Assembly (NCBI RefSeq): GCF_009914755.1
Contig: NC_060937.1
Strand: one strand, 5' to 3'
Source of the DNA: the human T2T-CHM13v2.0 reference genome, Homo sapiens
Length of the DNA stretch: 64,000 nucleotides
Part shown: in pieces, positions 40,666 through 59,461 of the stretch
Layout: every line of letters begins with the position of its first letter
How positions within the stretch are numbered: position 1 is the stretch's first letter
Made by a program: the position numbers and the translations under genes
The notes under the pieces: generated by a model
Database searches by the model: none
The model's input: only the letters and a program-made list of their open reading frames with translations
What the model was told of the DNA's origin: nothing

Positions 40666-40822
40666 AGACCTTGGAAATGTCCACACACACACACACACCT
40701 TGGATTTCCCTTCTTCCATCTACCCAGACTGTCTTCTACCATATAGACCTTGGAAATGTGCCCCACACACACACACCTTGGATTTCCCTTCTTCCATCTA
40801 CCCAGACTGTCTTCTACCATAT
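40666..40822. repeat. Two-copy tandem duplication (79 + 78 bp) inside an L2 fragment
   Basis: agaccttggaaatgt-(CA)n-ccttggatttcccttcttccatctacccagactgtcttctaccatat occurs twice. Confidence 0.95.
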
Positions 40823-40829
40823 CGATTCC

Positions 40830-41120
40830 TTCTCATCCTTCAAATCTAAATCAAACACCATCTCCTTAGTAGAGGCCTCCCTAGACCTTCTCAAGTAGTT
40901 AGTGGTACCCTTCTTAGTGCTCCTGAAGTCCTTTGTATCTACCTCTCTTAAAGAGCTTAATTCTAGACATTTTGGCTATTTGTTTAGATAATTGTCTATC
41001 CAAAATTGTAAACTCTTCAGGGAAAGAAATTTTATTTTACATACCTTAATATTCTTAAGTGTTCCCAGAACCAAGCACAATGCTCAGAATACAAAGATAT
41101 TTGTTAAATATTTATTGAAG
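40830..41120 (+). mobile_element. L2 3' end
   Basis: tcatccttcaaatctaaatcaaac...tgtaaactcttcaggga...aagcacaatgctcag...taaatatttattgaa. Confidence 0.7.
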
Positions 41121-43479
41121 TGTTTGTAGCAATTTATAACCAGTAACTAATTTATACAGTGATTTCAATTTTATAGCAGGCTTTCATGCCACTAGAGTGT
41201 AAGATTCTTAAATCCCTATGCCCTTTTTGCTTTCCTCTATCTTCAATACATTAACTCAACAGGTGTGCCATTAAAATTTGTTAGATGAGTATCCAGATCC
41301 AGAATTATTCAGGAACACTGCCTGCTTTTCAAAACTCATAGTTCCTCAGCAACATCATAATGCCTGAAATTCTCTTTGCTCTGTCAGTAGAGATCAAACT
41401 CTGCTAACATGTGTGTATTAAAGGGTAAGCTTTCCTAGTCGGTGAATTTTCCCCTGAAGATGACAAATGCCGGAAGCGAATGTTGTAGAAATTCCAAGGA
41501 GTTCCCAAAACAGCTTAGGCTCTGGTCAGTTGGAGGAGCTCACAGTTGGTCCAGAGCCAATTCCAGGTTCTAACATCGGGGTAGCCACCTTCAGGATGGG
41601 GCCAGGTTGGCAGGTGAGCCCACCTGACTGATCGGTGAGGAAGAAAGAACATTAGCCCTCTCCAAGCTGTTGCCTTCATTTCTCTGTCACTCTGCTTACT
41701 CTAAAGCCATCTTTTTATCATGGTTTTTAAAATCACCATGCCATAAATAATTTTTTTAATGTGAGCCATGACATTGAAAATGTTTTTTGAAAAGTGCCAT
41801 CTTGAGGGAAGGCGTGCCATGTGCTCCAGGGAATCAACCGCTCTTCCTGCTTTACTCCCAGTCATACTTCTGAGTTAGCCAAATGTGTTAAGAAAGTACT
41901 TGGATTTGCAGACATGATGGACATAAATCCAGATTACTCTCTAACCTGAAAATATCTCACCCTTCTACTCTTCAAGAGTCTCTGAAACTCTCACAATGCT
42001 AATCATTATAGGTGAGGAATTTCATGGCTCACATTTAAAAAAATAAATCATCTTAGGTTCCATCATCTATGAATACTAGGTATGGAACACAAAGCAGATC
42101 TATTTGGAAAGAGCAGAGGGAAAGAGCTGGAGTCTAGGAAGGCCCAAGTGGTGATGCTTTAGTGGAAGATTCTAAGCAGCCAGCAGACAGCTGGAGAATG
42201 CTAAGTAACTGAGGACCACACAGTCTGGGCAAATGAAAGGAAGGGAGGTAAGAAAAAAGATGGAATGAGCCAAATACAAATTCACTTATCACACAGTTTT
42301 AACTCACGACAACTATGGTGAAGGTCAAAACTAGGTCATCTTGCTCCAGGCCATTACACACAATAACATGGCGTGGTCTTTTGAATACATGATGCAGTGC
42401 TGTACATTAGACCAGTTCTCATTACCAATATAGATGGCAGTAATATCATTGTAAATGTGGAGGATGTGTGTGTATTTTTAAATGTGCCCACTCAGATGAC
42501 AAACTGAGGGGTCCTCACAAAAGAAATGCAAATAGGAAAGTCTCCCTTTAACATCTAGAAAAAAATTCTAGAAACTTTTCAATTTTATTCACATACATTT
42601 AGTTGTTTCACAACTATAACTGATCCACTAATTTTGGCCAGACATTTTGGAGGTTTATTTCGTTACAATAAGAAAACATAAGGTAAGTTCATTGCCTCAA
42701 AGCATAAAACCCTGGATTATCATTATCACAATAGTATCATCTCTGCATATGTCAGGAAGCACATTTAGTGTCTGGTTATAAAGAGAATAGTTTATAAAAA
42801 CGCCTTAATATGACATAATTTTTACTTTAATTCCACACAAAACTTTTTTGCAAATTTTCAAAAAATAAAACTCCTCTCCCCAGACTGACAGAGCATTTAT
42901 ATTTAAGAGGCAGAATATATTTTTCCAGATAAATTAAGGAAATATCATTGATATTAATTAGTCTTAATATTATGTAGACATTTACCTAGTGAATATATTC
43001 TATACAGACCTGTGTCTGGAACGTAAGTTATAATTTATTTGTAATGAAATAAATTATAATTTAGGAAGCATTCAAGAGAATAAAGCAGTGATGGAGCCAG
43101 TGAATAAAACACTGGGACCTAGTGAGTTTCTCCCTCAAATCTCTGTCATGCGCATTCAGAATCCCAGATTCTTCCATCACAGTAGGAGTAGGAGGCCCTG
43201 ATTCTCTTTACACTTGCAGACTATCCATCGACAGTCTGGACTTCTGACGTAAGGCCATTATCTGCCATGCTAGTGCCAGCTCACCACTGTCAATGCCTCT
43301 CGTTGGTGTCTGGAACTCTTCGGGCTTTTTAGTTTTTCACATCCCATGTTGTGTTTTTGAGTAATAGAAAGGTTACACAACAAAAAATAAAAATTCTGCT
43401 AACACACCAAGTCCTTCCATTACACCAAGGGATAGGATCCCACTTCTTGGTGACCCCATGGAGTAAAGAGTAGTAGATA

Positions 43480-43760
43480 GGCCAGGCGCAGTGGCTCATG
43501 CCTGTAATCCCAGCACTTTAGAAGGCGAGATGGGTGGATCGCTTGAGGTCAGGAGTTCGAGACCAGCCTGGCCAAAATGGTGAAACCCCGTCTCTACTAA
43601 AATTACAAAAATTAGCCGGGCGTGGTGGTGGGCACCTGTAATCCCAGCTACTCAGGAGGCTGAGGCACGAGAATCGCTTGAACCCGGGAGGCAGAAGTTG
43701 CAGTGAGCTGAGATGGCGCCACCGCGACAGGACGAGACTCCATTTCAAGAAAAAAAAAAA
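43480..43760 (+). mobile_element. AluS
   Basis: Dimeric Alu with A tail and a short deletion near the 3' end. Confidence 0.93.
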
Positions 43761-43825
43761 GAGGAGATAAACCAGTAAGGAGTTTCAACGTGCAGAAATA
43801 TAAGTAGGAAGGTAAATGTACTTGG

Positions 43826-44119
43826 TTTTTTGTTTGCTTTTTGTTTGTTTGTTTTTCTGAGACAGAGTCTTGCTCTGTCGCCCAGGCTGGAGTGCAGTGG
43901 CGCGATCTCGGCTCCTGGGTTCACGCCATTCTCCTGCCTCAGCCTCCCGAGTGGCTGGGACTACAGGCACCACCACGCCCGGCTAATTTTTTGGTATTTT
44001 TAGTAGAGACCGGGTTTCACCGTGTTAGCCAGGATGGTCTCGATCTCCTGACCTCGTGATCTGGCAGCCTCAGTCTCCCAAAGTGCTGGGATTACAGGCG
44101 TGAGCCACCACGCCCAGCC
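43826..44119 (-). mobile_element. AluY
   Basis: gttcacgccattctcc and ccgtgttagccaggatggtctcgatctcctgacctcgtgatc. Short internal deletion. Confidence 0.9.
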
Positions 44120-44409
44120 GTATATGTGTATTTTTTAATGTGTCCATTCATGTGGTAAACCCAGGAATCCTCACAAAAGAAATATAAATCAGAAATGATG
44201 AGAAAATCGCAGAAAGTAATAAACTAGCAGTTAGTTAATAACATGATACTGTAATTTTTATTAGAATATTAGGGTGCACAAAATTAATTATTTTCTCCGT
44301 ATTAATCAGTTCTAGTCAGACTTTTATCCAGATGCTCTGTATTAGGTTCTGTAAAAGAGAAAAGAATAACTCAGGGCAGATTCAGGACATGGCACCAAGA
44401 TGATTAACA

Positions 44410-44640
44410 TGCTGGGAAAAGCTGAGGGGAGGTTTAATTATTGTCTTCAGGTGTGTGAGGGGCTCCCACACAGAGTACAGTGGCCACTGGAGAATGGAAG
44501 TGAAGCCATGTTTCAGTATAAAGCATTAAACCTAAGAAAATATTTTTTGGCTTTAAATATTGTTGAATAATTGATTCAAACAATGCATTGGATTAAGGAA
44601 TCACTTTTGAAGATCTTTCAAAATTAGATAGTTTTTCATC
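44410..44640 (+). mobile_element. L3/CR1-like fragment
   Basis: agctgaggggaggtttaattattgtcttcaggtgtgtgaggggct resembles the CR1 3' region. Confidence 0.45.
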
Positions 44641-45105
44641 TCTCTAAGAAAGGAATGGGTAAAATGGCTTCTCTAATTTCTCTAGTTTGTTAATTTCTCT
44701 AACCTAGTCTCTACTTCTCTAATTTTTTTAATCGCGTCCATTCTTGATTATCTGTGACTTTTTTTCTGTAAAGCTGAGATTTAAACATAACATACCCGAT
44801 CTTGCTTTGGAAGTTCTCCAACTGAAAAGCATCACAATATTGAGATTATATTCTCAACAATTATAAAATGAATTTTTAACTTTGACAGTCCCAGTAAGAA
44901 CTTAAAGTTTGTCGTGAAGCAGGAACATGTAAAGAAAACCAGTCAAAACCAAGATGTTCTGGTAACATTGATGTGTTTCACTCTCCCAACCCCTGCTGAG
45001 TCTCTTTAACCCAGTAAAGTGGAGTAATTTCATAATGGCACAAACAGGACACAACTGGAAAAAGAAAGGAAATAACTGGATGTCATGATGAAGCTTTCCT
45101 TTTAA

Positions 45106-45410
<305 letters not shown>

Positions 45411-45699
45411 CATATCTTAGATATTTTCCTAAGCAAAAATATTTACCTATAGCTGTTTCTGTAGAGACAGAATAACACAGTGCAGGATGACGTTTAACTA
45501 AATTATGCAAGCTACTGAATTACTATTGCTACTATTTTTTCTTAAGTGTGTTCTTATATGCTCTTACAGATTTAGCCTAGAGTCTTACACGTAGTAAATA
45601 CTCAGTAAGTATCAGAGATTTATTTAGGAAGGAGGGAGGTGTCTTAATCTGCAAAGTTTCTCTATTTTGTTTTGCTTGCTAAAGTCAGACAGGCTCAAA

Positions 45700-46715
45700 A
45701 AATTATAAACTTTTGCTCTTTGAAAGATTCTGCTTACAAAATAATGACATAACCCCCAGAGTAAAAACAAGCATTCGCAAAACATGTATCAGATAAAAGA
45801 CTTGAATCCGAGACAAATAAATAACTCTCACAACTTAATAATAAGACATATTGCCTAGTTTTTTTAAATAAAAAAAGATTTGAACAAAAATTTCCCCAAG
45901 AAGATTTACGGATGGTAAATACACACATGAAAAAGATGTTCACCATCACTAGTCAATACAGAAATGCAAATTAAAGCTACAATGAGATACCATTACACAC
46001 CAAGGAGAATAGCAAAAAATTTTTAACTGACGTACCAAGTGTTGGCAAGGCTGCAAAGCAACTGCAGCTCTCATTTGCTGCTGGAATGTAGAATGTTTCA
46101 GCCACTTTGGAAAATAATTTGTCAGTCTTATATAGCTAAGCATGCATTGACTATTTGACCTATCAATCCCATTTCTAAGTATTTGCCCAAGAGAAATGAA
46201 AAAATATGTGCACATAAAGACCTGTAAGCTAATTTTTATAGTAGACTTATTAATCATTGTTAAAAACTGGAAAGAACTCAAAATGTTCGTGAACAGGCAA
46301 ATGGATAGACAAATTGTGAAAAATTACATGATGGAAATTACTCAGAAAACAAACACAAAAAACCAACTATTGTTACATGCAACAACATGGATGGATCTTA
46401 AAAACAACATGCTAAGCAAAATGAGTCAGACACACACAAAAAGCCACATATTATTTAATTTATGTGACACTCTGAAAAAGGCAAAATTATAGGAACAGAA
46501 AACAGATAAATGATTATTAGAGGCTGGGAATAAGGGAGAGATTACACAGAAGCATGACAGAGCCTTTAGGCGTAATGGAAATATTCTATATCTAAATTGG
46601 GGTGGAGATTACATCACTGTACACTTTTTTGAAGACTTCAAAAATTATAAATCAAAAATGGATAATTTTTACTATACGTAAATTATACCTCAATAGACCT
46701 GATTTTTGCAAAAAA
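45700..46715 (+). mobile_element. Old L1 (L1MB-L1ME type) 3' region
   Basis: gaaatgcaaattaaagctacaatgagataccattacacac...catgcaacaacatggatggatctt...taaattatacctcaata. Confidence 0.85.
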
Positions 46716-48726
46716 GGATATATACGTACGAATGCTCATTCTGTGCCATACAAAGATGGAGTCAAGCAGCTTATCTTCCAATGGTGATGAGAACTGCTAG
46801 GAAGGATTAGATCATGTGCCACAATTGCATTCCATTTCGCTAGTTGACTCTAAGCCATTAGGGCACTTTAAAAGAAACAACCACCATCCACAACCGCCAT
46901 GAATCAGCACTACCCCACCGCCACCCCCAGTCACATAACCAAGCTTTTCACATTTTATTTGGTTTGACTTTTTGCTTTTTTTTTTTTCCTTTAAGTGTTA
47001 AATTGTCAAGGTGGTGGCCCAATCACCCCCACCTGTCCTAACATGTTTCACATGCCCTTTACAGGATTTTAAACTTAACTGAAGTCATTTTCTAAAGGGC
47101 AATAATGGAAATGTTATGGGCAGATTGCAGTGCATAGCGCATGGTAAAGCTTTTACTTAAATGGATCCTGCCCACAAAAGTAGGAACCCTAACATCACCA
47201 CAGCAGGCCCACAGCAGTGATGGCTGTGGGAAAAAAAAATCATCCGGAGGATTCATTTCCACCTTATTTTAGACCTTTTGCTGTAATTCCTTATATAAAA
47301 ATTTATTTTTTTCCTTGACCATTAATACTGATAATTATATCTGTATTTCTTAAGAATATTATGAGTTGCCATTTCTGCATAGTAGCAGATTAAATTTATT
47401 CACCTTACGGATATATTATTATCACAGATAATAACTGCAGCATGATAATTATCATTAATTATTCATTTGGATTAAGAGGCAAATAGGCTTGTATTCAAGG
47501 GTCTTCCAAAGCACTGTTCATTGTTTCTGAGCCCTGTGTGCCAGTGTGACTAATTCATACTCTTTTCTGAGCCACTGTTGACATCTGACGGGTCCCATAT
47601 GTATTTATTTGAAAATATAATAAAAGGAATGAGTGCACCATATCAGGATGGAGTCACTAAAACAGACATATGGTTTCTTTTTTGCCCTGTAAGTGAGGGT
47701 ATGCAATCTTCTGTTAAAGTCAGGCTGTTGTGAGCATTGCTTCAGTAGTATGTATTCCCTTTCTGTGCATCCTTGACTCAGACTATTTAAGCTCATATAA
47801 ACTTGTGTATTTACATAATAGCTTTTTGCAAAAATAATAATGTGGTAAGAGACTTACTTTATCCTTCATTGAGCAAAGGGTTGTTTGTGCTCCCACTTGA
47901 AGCCCCTTGAGTTGAATATGAAAAAAAAAGCCTCTGCAAAGTTTATAAAATCTGTAGAGAAATTAAGAAGAGAAGGGAGATGGAAAAATAAAAGATGATG
48001 TATCTTACAAACATAATTTTTTTTTATTTTTCTAGCTAACATACACCAAAATTGAGATATGTGTGTATTTACAGAGTCTCTTTTGTATTTTCTCTTGGTC
48101 TTAGTCTTTACTTCTTTGTAATCTGTCATTCATATTTATTCTTTTAAAGCAGATATAAAATGGCAGTTTGAAAACTATGCCAGTGAAGCTGATTTTGAAG
48201 ATAGGATGCAGTTCTTCAGTGTCTTTAACATAGCTAGGACTGCATTTAAAATGACTGCAGGATTTTTTCTTATTTTCTTTCTTTGTCTCTTTTGGTGATG
48301 CAAGAAAGAGGCTAATATATTGTGCTAAGTGTTGCTTTTTAAAGAATTTTTTTTTTTTTTGCTTATATTTGTCAATATATTCTTATGAGATCATTTGTTT
48401 CCTCTTCATAACATTCCTTTCAGGTACTATAGGGCAGCTAGGATCATTCCCATTTTTAGATAGGAAATTAAGTTAGCAGAAGATTAAGTAGTATTTAATG
48501 AGGAGTATACAGTGGTGAGACTAAATCAGGAACCCACATCTCCTGATCCGCAATTCCTCTTTCGGCGACTCTCTGAGTGCAGCTGTGAATAGTCTGATGT
48601 GAATGATGAAGAAACTTAGGAAAGAGCTTTGAAAACTCTGCCAGATGGAACTGCACCAAATTTCAGAGCAAGAAGGTATCTCAGGAGTGGTGGCCATGAG
48701 GCTTTGCTGGTATAACTCAATGCAGC

Positions 48727-48925
48727 TTTTTTAACATTTTTATTGTGATAAGAACATGTGACAAGATCTACCCTCTTAACAGATTTTTAAATGCACAATA
48801 CAACATTATAATCTTCAGTCACAATGTTCAGCAGATCTCCAGAAGGTATTCATCTTGCATAACTGAAACTTTATACTCATTGATTAGCAACAGGCTTCAA
48901 CTAATCATCCCCTCCCCCAGCCTCC
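48727..48925 (-). mobile_element. L1MA (MA8/9-like) 3' end
   Basis: agatctaccctcttaacagattt...cagatctccagaa...catcttgcataactgaaacttta. Confidence 0.75.
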
Positions 48926-49320
48926 ACTCCTGTTTTACACCTACTAACAATTTGAGTTTGGTCATTCAAGTCTAACAGAAGGCTGATGTCCAGAAACACC
49001 TTCGTGAGCAGTATATTCATGCTATTATAATGCAGGCCTTATTCTATTCTTGAGTAGAATTTCCACTTTTAATTTATCATACTTATAATAACAATAATTA
49101 GTACTTATTAAACACTTACTATATGCCAATAACTTCATTAAGCACATTATCTGCAGACAAAATGGGTGTCCAAGCAGCTTTTCCTTACCAAGGACCCGTT
49201 TAGGAAGAAGTCCCAATGCATAAAAAATCAATTTCTTTGACAATTAACAAAGTAGGAGAATGTCTTTAAAATATTTATCCTTGGGGATTTAAGTCTAATA
49301 TCCATTTACTCATCTGTTAA

Positions 49321-50030
<710 letters not shown>

Positions 50031-50489
50031 CATGTTTCAAAAATGAATATGAACCCACAAAGCATCTTGCATCAGATAAAAAATGTTCTTGCCGACTATA
50101 TTTAATTTGTTGTCAGCCTCTTTAATTTTCCTCTGAACATTTTTTTCTTTCTTGCTCTGAATATGATTTTCTTCTGGTTGAGTCTCTTTGATCTGATTGT
50201 TTATCTATTTCTTTTTGGCCATGTTATGTTGGCATTTCTGTCAACCCCCTAAAAACAGATTCTAAAAATGGAATATTCTTCTAATCGTCATGATCTCTAG
50301 AATATAAAATAACCTGGCACCATGAAAAAAAAATGGAGTAGTGAATTACTGTTGCTTTATAATTGGATTACAATAAGTTTTGATGGATTGGAGGAAGAGA
50401 CAAAATTACATGAATTGTCTCTCCTCATGCTTTTCCTTTTTCTGGAAGGAAAACTGACTTTACCTCAATCATACTTATTAAAAAATAAT

Positions 50490-50712
50490 AGTTAAGAGTT
50501 AGCATTTCTTGAAAATCTGCGTTGTGCCAAGGGCTTCACTAAACATTTCACGTGTTATTTCCAATCATAATAGTAGCCCTGTGTGGCAGGTTACTGTCAC
50601 CTTCTGAAAACCCCATTTTCAGAGAAGGAAACTGAGGTTCAGATAGAATAACTGTCCAAGGGTTGTCCAGGCAAACTTCCCTTGCACCAAAGCTTGTGCT
50701 CTTAATCATCAT
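50490..50712 (-). mobile_element. MIR SINE
   Basis: ccccattttcagagaaggaaactgaggttcagatag...gtccaaggg. Confidence 0.7.
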
Positions 50713-52664
50713 CTCCTGCGTGCAGTAAGAGATGGCAACTATCTTTAAATATAGGGTGATATTATCAGATTCCTATTTAAAATAGAGAATTCTGGTAGCC
50801 ATGTGAACGGTGGATTAAGGATGAGCCTGGAGTTAAGAGAAGAGGGAGATGATTCCAGTTTCGAAAGAAGACAGGACCTTAAACTAACAGTGTTGTCAGT
50901 AGTGATTACAGTAACAATCAGTTACCCTCTGGAGTATGCCTATTGAAGCTCCCATCCAAAATCAGGTGAATGTGGGTAGAAATGTGTATTCAAATAAGCC
51001 ACAAAATAATAAATGTACTATATTTTATGTAATCTCCCTATAGCAAAAGAACACTGCCCTCTATTGCTTTTTGTCTCAGGGCTCTCAATGGTCCAAATGA
51101 TGTCAGAGAAGAGGGTGCTGTTAGTCAATGGGCACAGCTGTTGAGAGTTTCAAATGTGCCACAGGGTGACCAATAAAGGGGTCCCAACTAAACTATCAGT
51201 TTACCACTAGCACTCAGAAATCTCAACCAGTTCTTCTAAAGCCAATATAGGCTTCAGCGCTCTGCCCTGACAGAAGTGATAAAGAGGTTCTGATATGTTT
51301 GCACAATTGCACCATTTTCAAACTTTATTGAAAATGTTAGTAACTGTAATTCAGTTCTCTAATCTAAATCGCCATACAGAACACATTGAATATACTTTTA
51401 TGCCTTGCTCTTGAAAAGATGGAATAATTATGAATATAAATGGCTTCTGCTTCCTTCATGTGAAAAAAGCATTATATACATATAAGTCAAATAAAGTAAA
51501 AGGGAGAAATAGATGCAGTGTAATAATGATAAGAAACTATAATATCTGCATGGAGGTAGATACCAAATTGCCACTCATTACTCGAATAGGGAGAAAGTTA
51601 GTAGGCAATTAGCAACAGAAGTGCCAAGTGCAAGGATAATTTGTAAGACAACAATAAACATAGTCTATACCCAATGAGATAGAAAGAAAGAGCAAGCAGT
51701 AGTGCCAATAAAACAAGCAGAGCAGCCATGGGAGCGACTGCGTTTACATAATGAGAAAATAAAACAAGTCTTCCCCATTCCTCATCATAACTTCCAGCAT
51801 CTTGATTTTCAGCTTGTTCTGGACCAGAAGTAGCAATAGCCAAGTTCAGAAAATTGTAGTAATCATAAGCCACATGATGTGAAAACACTTGCTTTCAGCT
51901 AACTAAATATCATCAGTGCCTAGTCACAGGGCAAGGAAACCACTTCTAAAAAGGAGCTAAAAATTAGAAAGCAATAGTTCATTCCTTGAAAATCAAAGAA
52001 CAATAATTTTGCAATCGTGAAGAAGGACCGAAGGAATATAAATCAGCCCACTCAGGAAGATTCCTATACATGGGAAATTATTATGATGAAGCATGTTTAA
52101 AATAAAAGTTTAAAATAAACAATGATTGAAAGAACATCTAACCCATCAACTAATTTTCGGTATTTACCTGACCCAAAGCATTCAAGACCAATTAAAATGA
52201 CCTAGTTTCAATGATCTTTAGAAAGACTTTACCATTTCCCTCAAAAATCTATTCATTGTGTGAGAAAGCTTTTAACATGTGTGTAGGCATAACTATTTTT
52301 ATATGTCATATAAACAATGAATGAAGACTGCAAATCATATTACGTATAAACATTTCTTCAATAATTTAAGAAATTCTTAAATGTATACACATTTCATATA
52401 CATTATCTCATTTAATCTTCACAGCCCTATAAAGTAGGTACTATTCTTTTTTTTTTTTAATTATACTTTAAGTTTTAGGGTGCATGTGCACAATGTGCAG
52501 GTTAGTTACATATGTATACATGTGCCATGCTGGTGTGCTGCACCCATTAACTCATCATTTAGCATTAGGTATATCTCCTAATGCTATCCCTCCCCTCTCC
52601 CCCGGCCCCACAACAGTCCCCAGAGTGTGATGTTCCCCTTCCTGTGTTCATGTGTTCTCATTGT

Positions 52665-56488
<3,824 letters not shown>

Positions 56489-56551
56489 TATGAAGTTAGC
56501 TGGTTATTTTGCTCCTTAGTTGATGCAGTTTCTTCCTAGTCTCGATGGTCT

Positions 56552-57906
<1,355 letters not shown>

Positions 57907-58521
57907 TTTTTCCTCTGTTTTGTGGTTTTGTCTACTTTTGGTCTTTGATGATGGTGATGTACAGATGGGTTTTTGGTGTGGATGTCCTTTCTGTTTGTTA
58001 GTTTTCCTTCTAACAGACAGGATCCTCAGCTGCAGGTCTGTTGGAGTTTGCTAGAGGTCCACTCCAGACCCTGTTTGTCTGGGTACCAGCAGTGGTGGCT
58101 GCAGAACAGTGGATTTTCATGAACCGCGAGTGCTGCTGTCTGATCGTTCCTCTGGAAGTTTTGTTTCAGAGGAGTACAATGTGCAAAACTTTGTACTTTC
58201 TGAGGTGTCAGTCTGCCCCTACTGGAGGGTGCCTCCCAGTTAGGCTGCTCAGGGGTCAGGGGTCAGGGGTCAGGGACCCACGTGAGGAGGCAGTCTGCCC
58301 GTTCTCAGATCTCCAGTTGCGTGCTGGGAGAACCACTGCTCTCTTCAAAGCTGTCAGACAGGGACATTTAAGTCTGCAGAGGTTACTGCTGTCTTTTTGT
58401 TTGTCTGTGCCCTGCCCCCAGAGGTGGAGCCTACAGAGGCAGGCAGGCCTCCTTGAGCTGTGGTGGGCTCCACCCAGTTAGAGCTTCCCGGCTGCTTTGT
58501 TTATCTAAGCAAGCCTGGGCA

Positions 58522-58776
58522 ATGGTGGGCGCCCCTCCCCCAGCCTTGCTGCCGCCTTGCAGTTTGATCTCAGACTGCTGTGCTAGCAATCAGCAAGACT
58601 CCGTGGGCATAGGACTCTCCAAGCCATGTGCGGGATATAATCTCCTGGTGTGCCATTTTTTAAGCGCATCGGAAAAGTGCAGTATTAGGGCAGGAGTGAC
58701 CCGATTTTCTAGGTGCCGTCTGTCACCCCTTTCTTTGACTAGGAAAGGGAACTCCCTGACCCCTTGCGCTTCCTGA
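58522..58776 (+). other. L1 ORF0 reading frame (antisense 5'UTR ORF), open for 84 codons
   Basis: MVGAPPPALLPPCSLISDCCASNQQDSVG... matches the known ORF0 start MAGAPPPASLPPCSLISDCCASNQRDSVG. Kozak context gcaATGg. Confidence 0.75.
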
Positions 58777-58953
58777 GTGAGGCAATGCCTCGCCCTGCTT
58801 CAGCTCGCGCATGGTGTGCTGCACCCACTGTCCTGCACCCACTGTCTGGCACTCCCTAGTGAGATGAAACTGGTACCTCAGATGGAAATGCAGAAATTAC
58901 CCGTCTTCTGCGTCACTCACGCTGGGAGCTATAGACCGGAACTGTTCCTGTTT

Positions 58954-58964
58954 GGCCATCTTGG
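58954..58964 (-). promoter_or_regulatory. L1 5'UTR YY1 core site
   Basis: Reverse complement CCAAGATGGCC at the L1 5' terminus. Confidence 0.75.
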
Positions 58965-59345
58965 CTGCCCTCTATTCTTAAATATCATATATGAGAAACC
59001 GAGGCTTAAAATTTTGTTTTGTTCAAAGGGAAGCTAGAATTTAAATCCAGGTCTATCAGATTGTTAAAGCTGAGCTCATAACAATAGAGAACAATATAAA
59101 TTATAGTATAGGAGATCATTCTGGAAAATAACAAGGACCTAGTGTCAGCCTAAGTTAGAATCCTGCCTCTGTTCATGCCCCTCTTCTGTTTAAAACCATT
59201 CGACAGCTTAATGTATGTAATCCTCACGATAGCCCTATGAGAGAAGAAGAATGATGAGGAGGAGGAGGAGAAGAGGAGCAGGATGGAAATGGTGGTGATG
59301 ATAATGAAAATGTTCATTTTACACGTGAGAAAAATTGAGAGGTTA

Positions 59346-59461
59346 GGCCAAGTGTGGTGGCTCATGCCTGTAATACCAGCACTTTGGGAGGCCGAGGCGG
59401 GTGTATCACGAGGTCAGGGGTTCAAGACCATCCTGGCCAAGATGGTGAAACCCTGTCTCTA

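Noticed and set aside
48085-48260. Long pyrimidine tract plus cag as a plus-strand acceptor
   Set aside because: No good downstream donor and no recognisable peptide. T-rich background.
51598-51888. 96-aa minus-strand ORF with a hydrophobic, TM-like stretch
   Set aside because: Non-ATG start in the track, no recognisable family, weak splice signals. Leu-richness follows from the T-rich strand.
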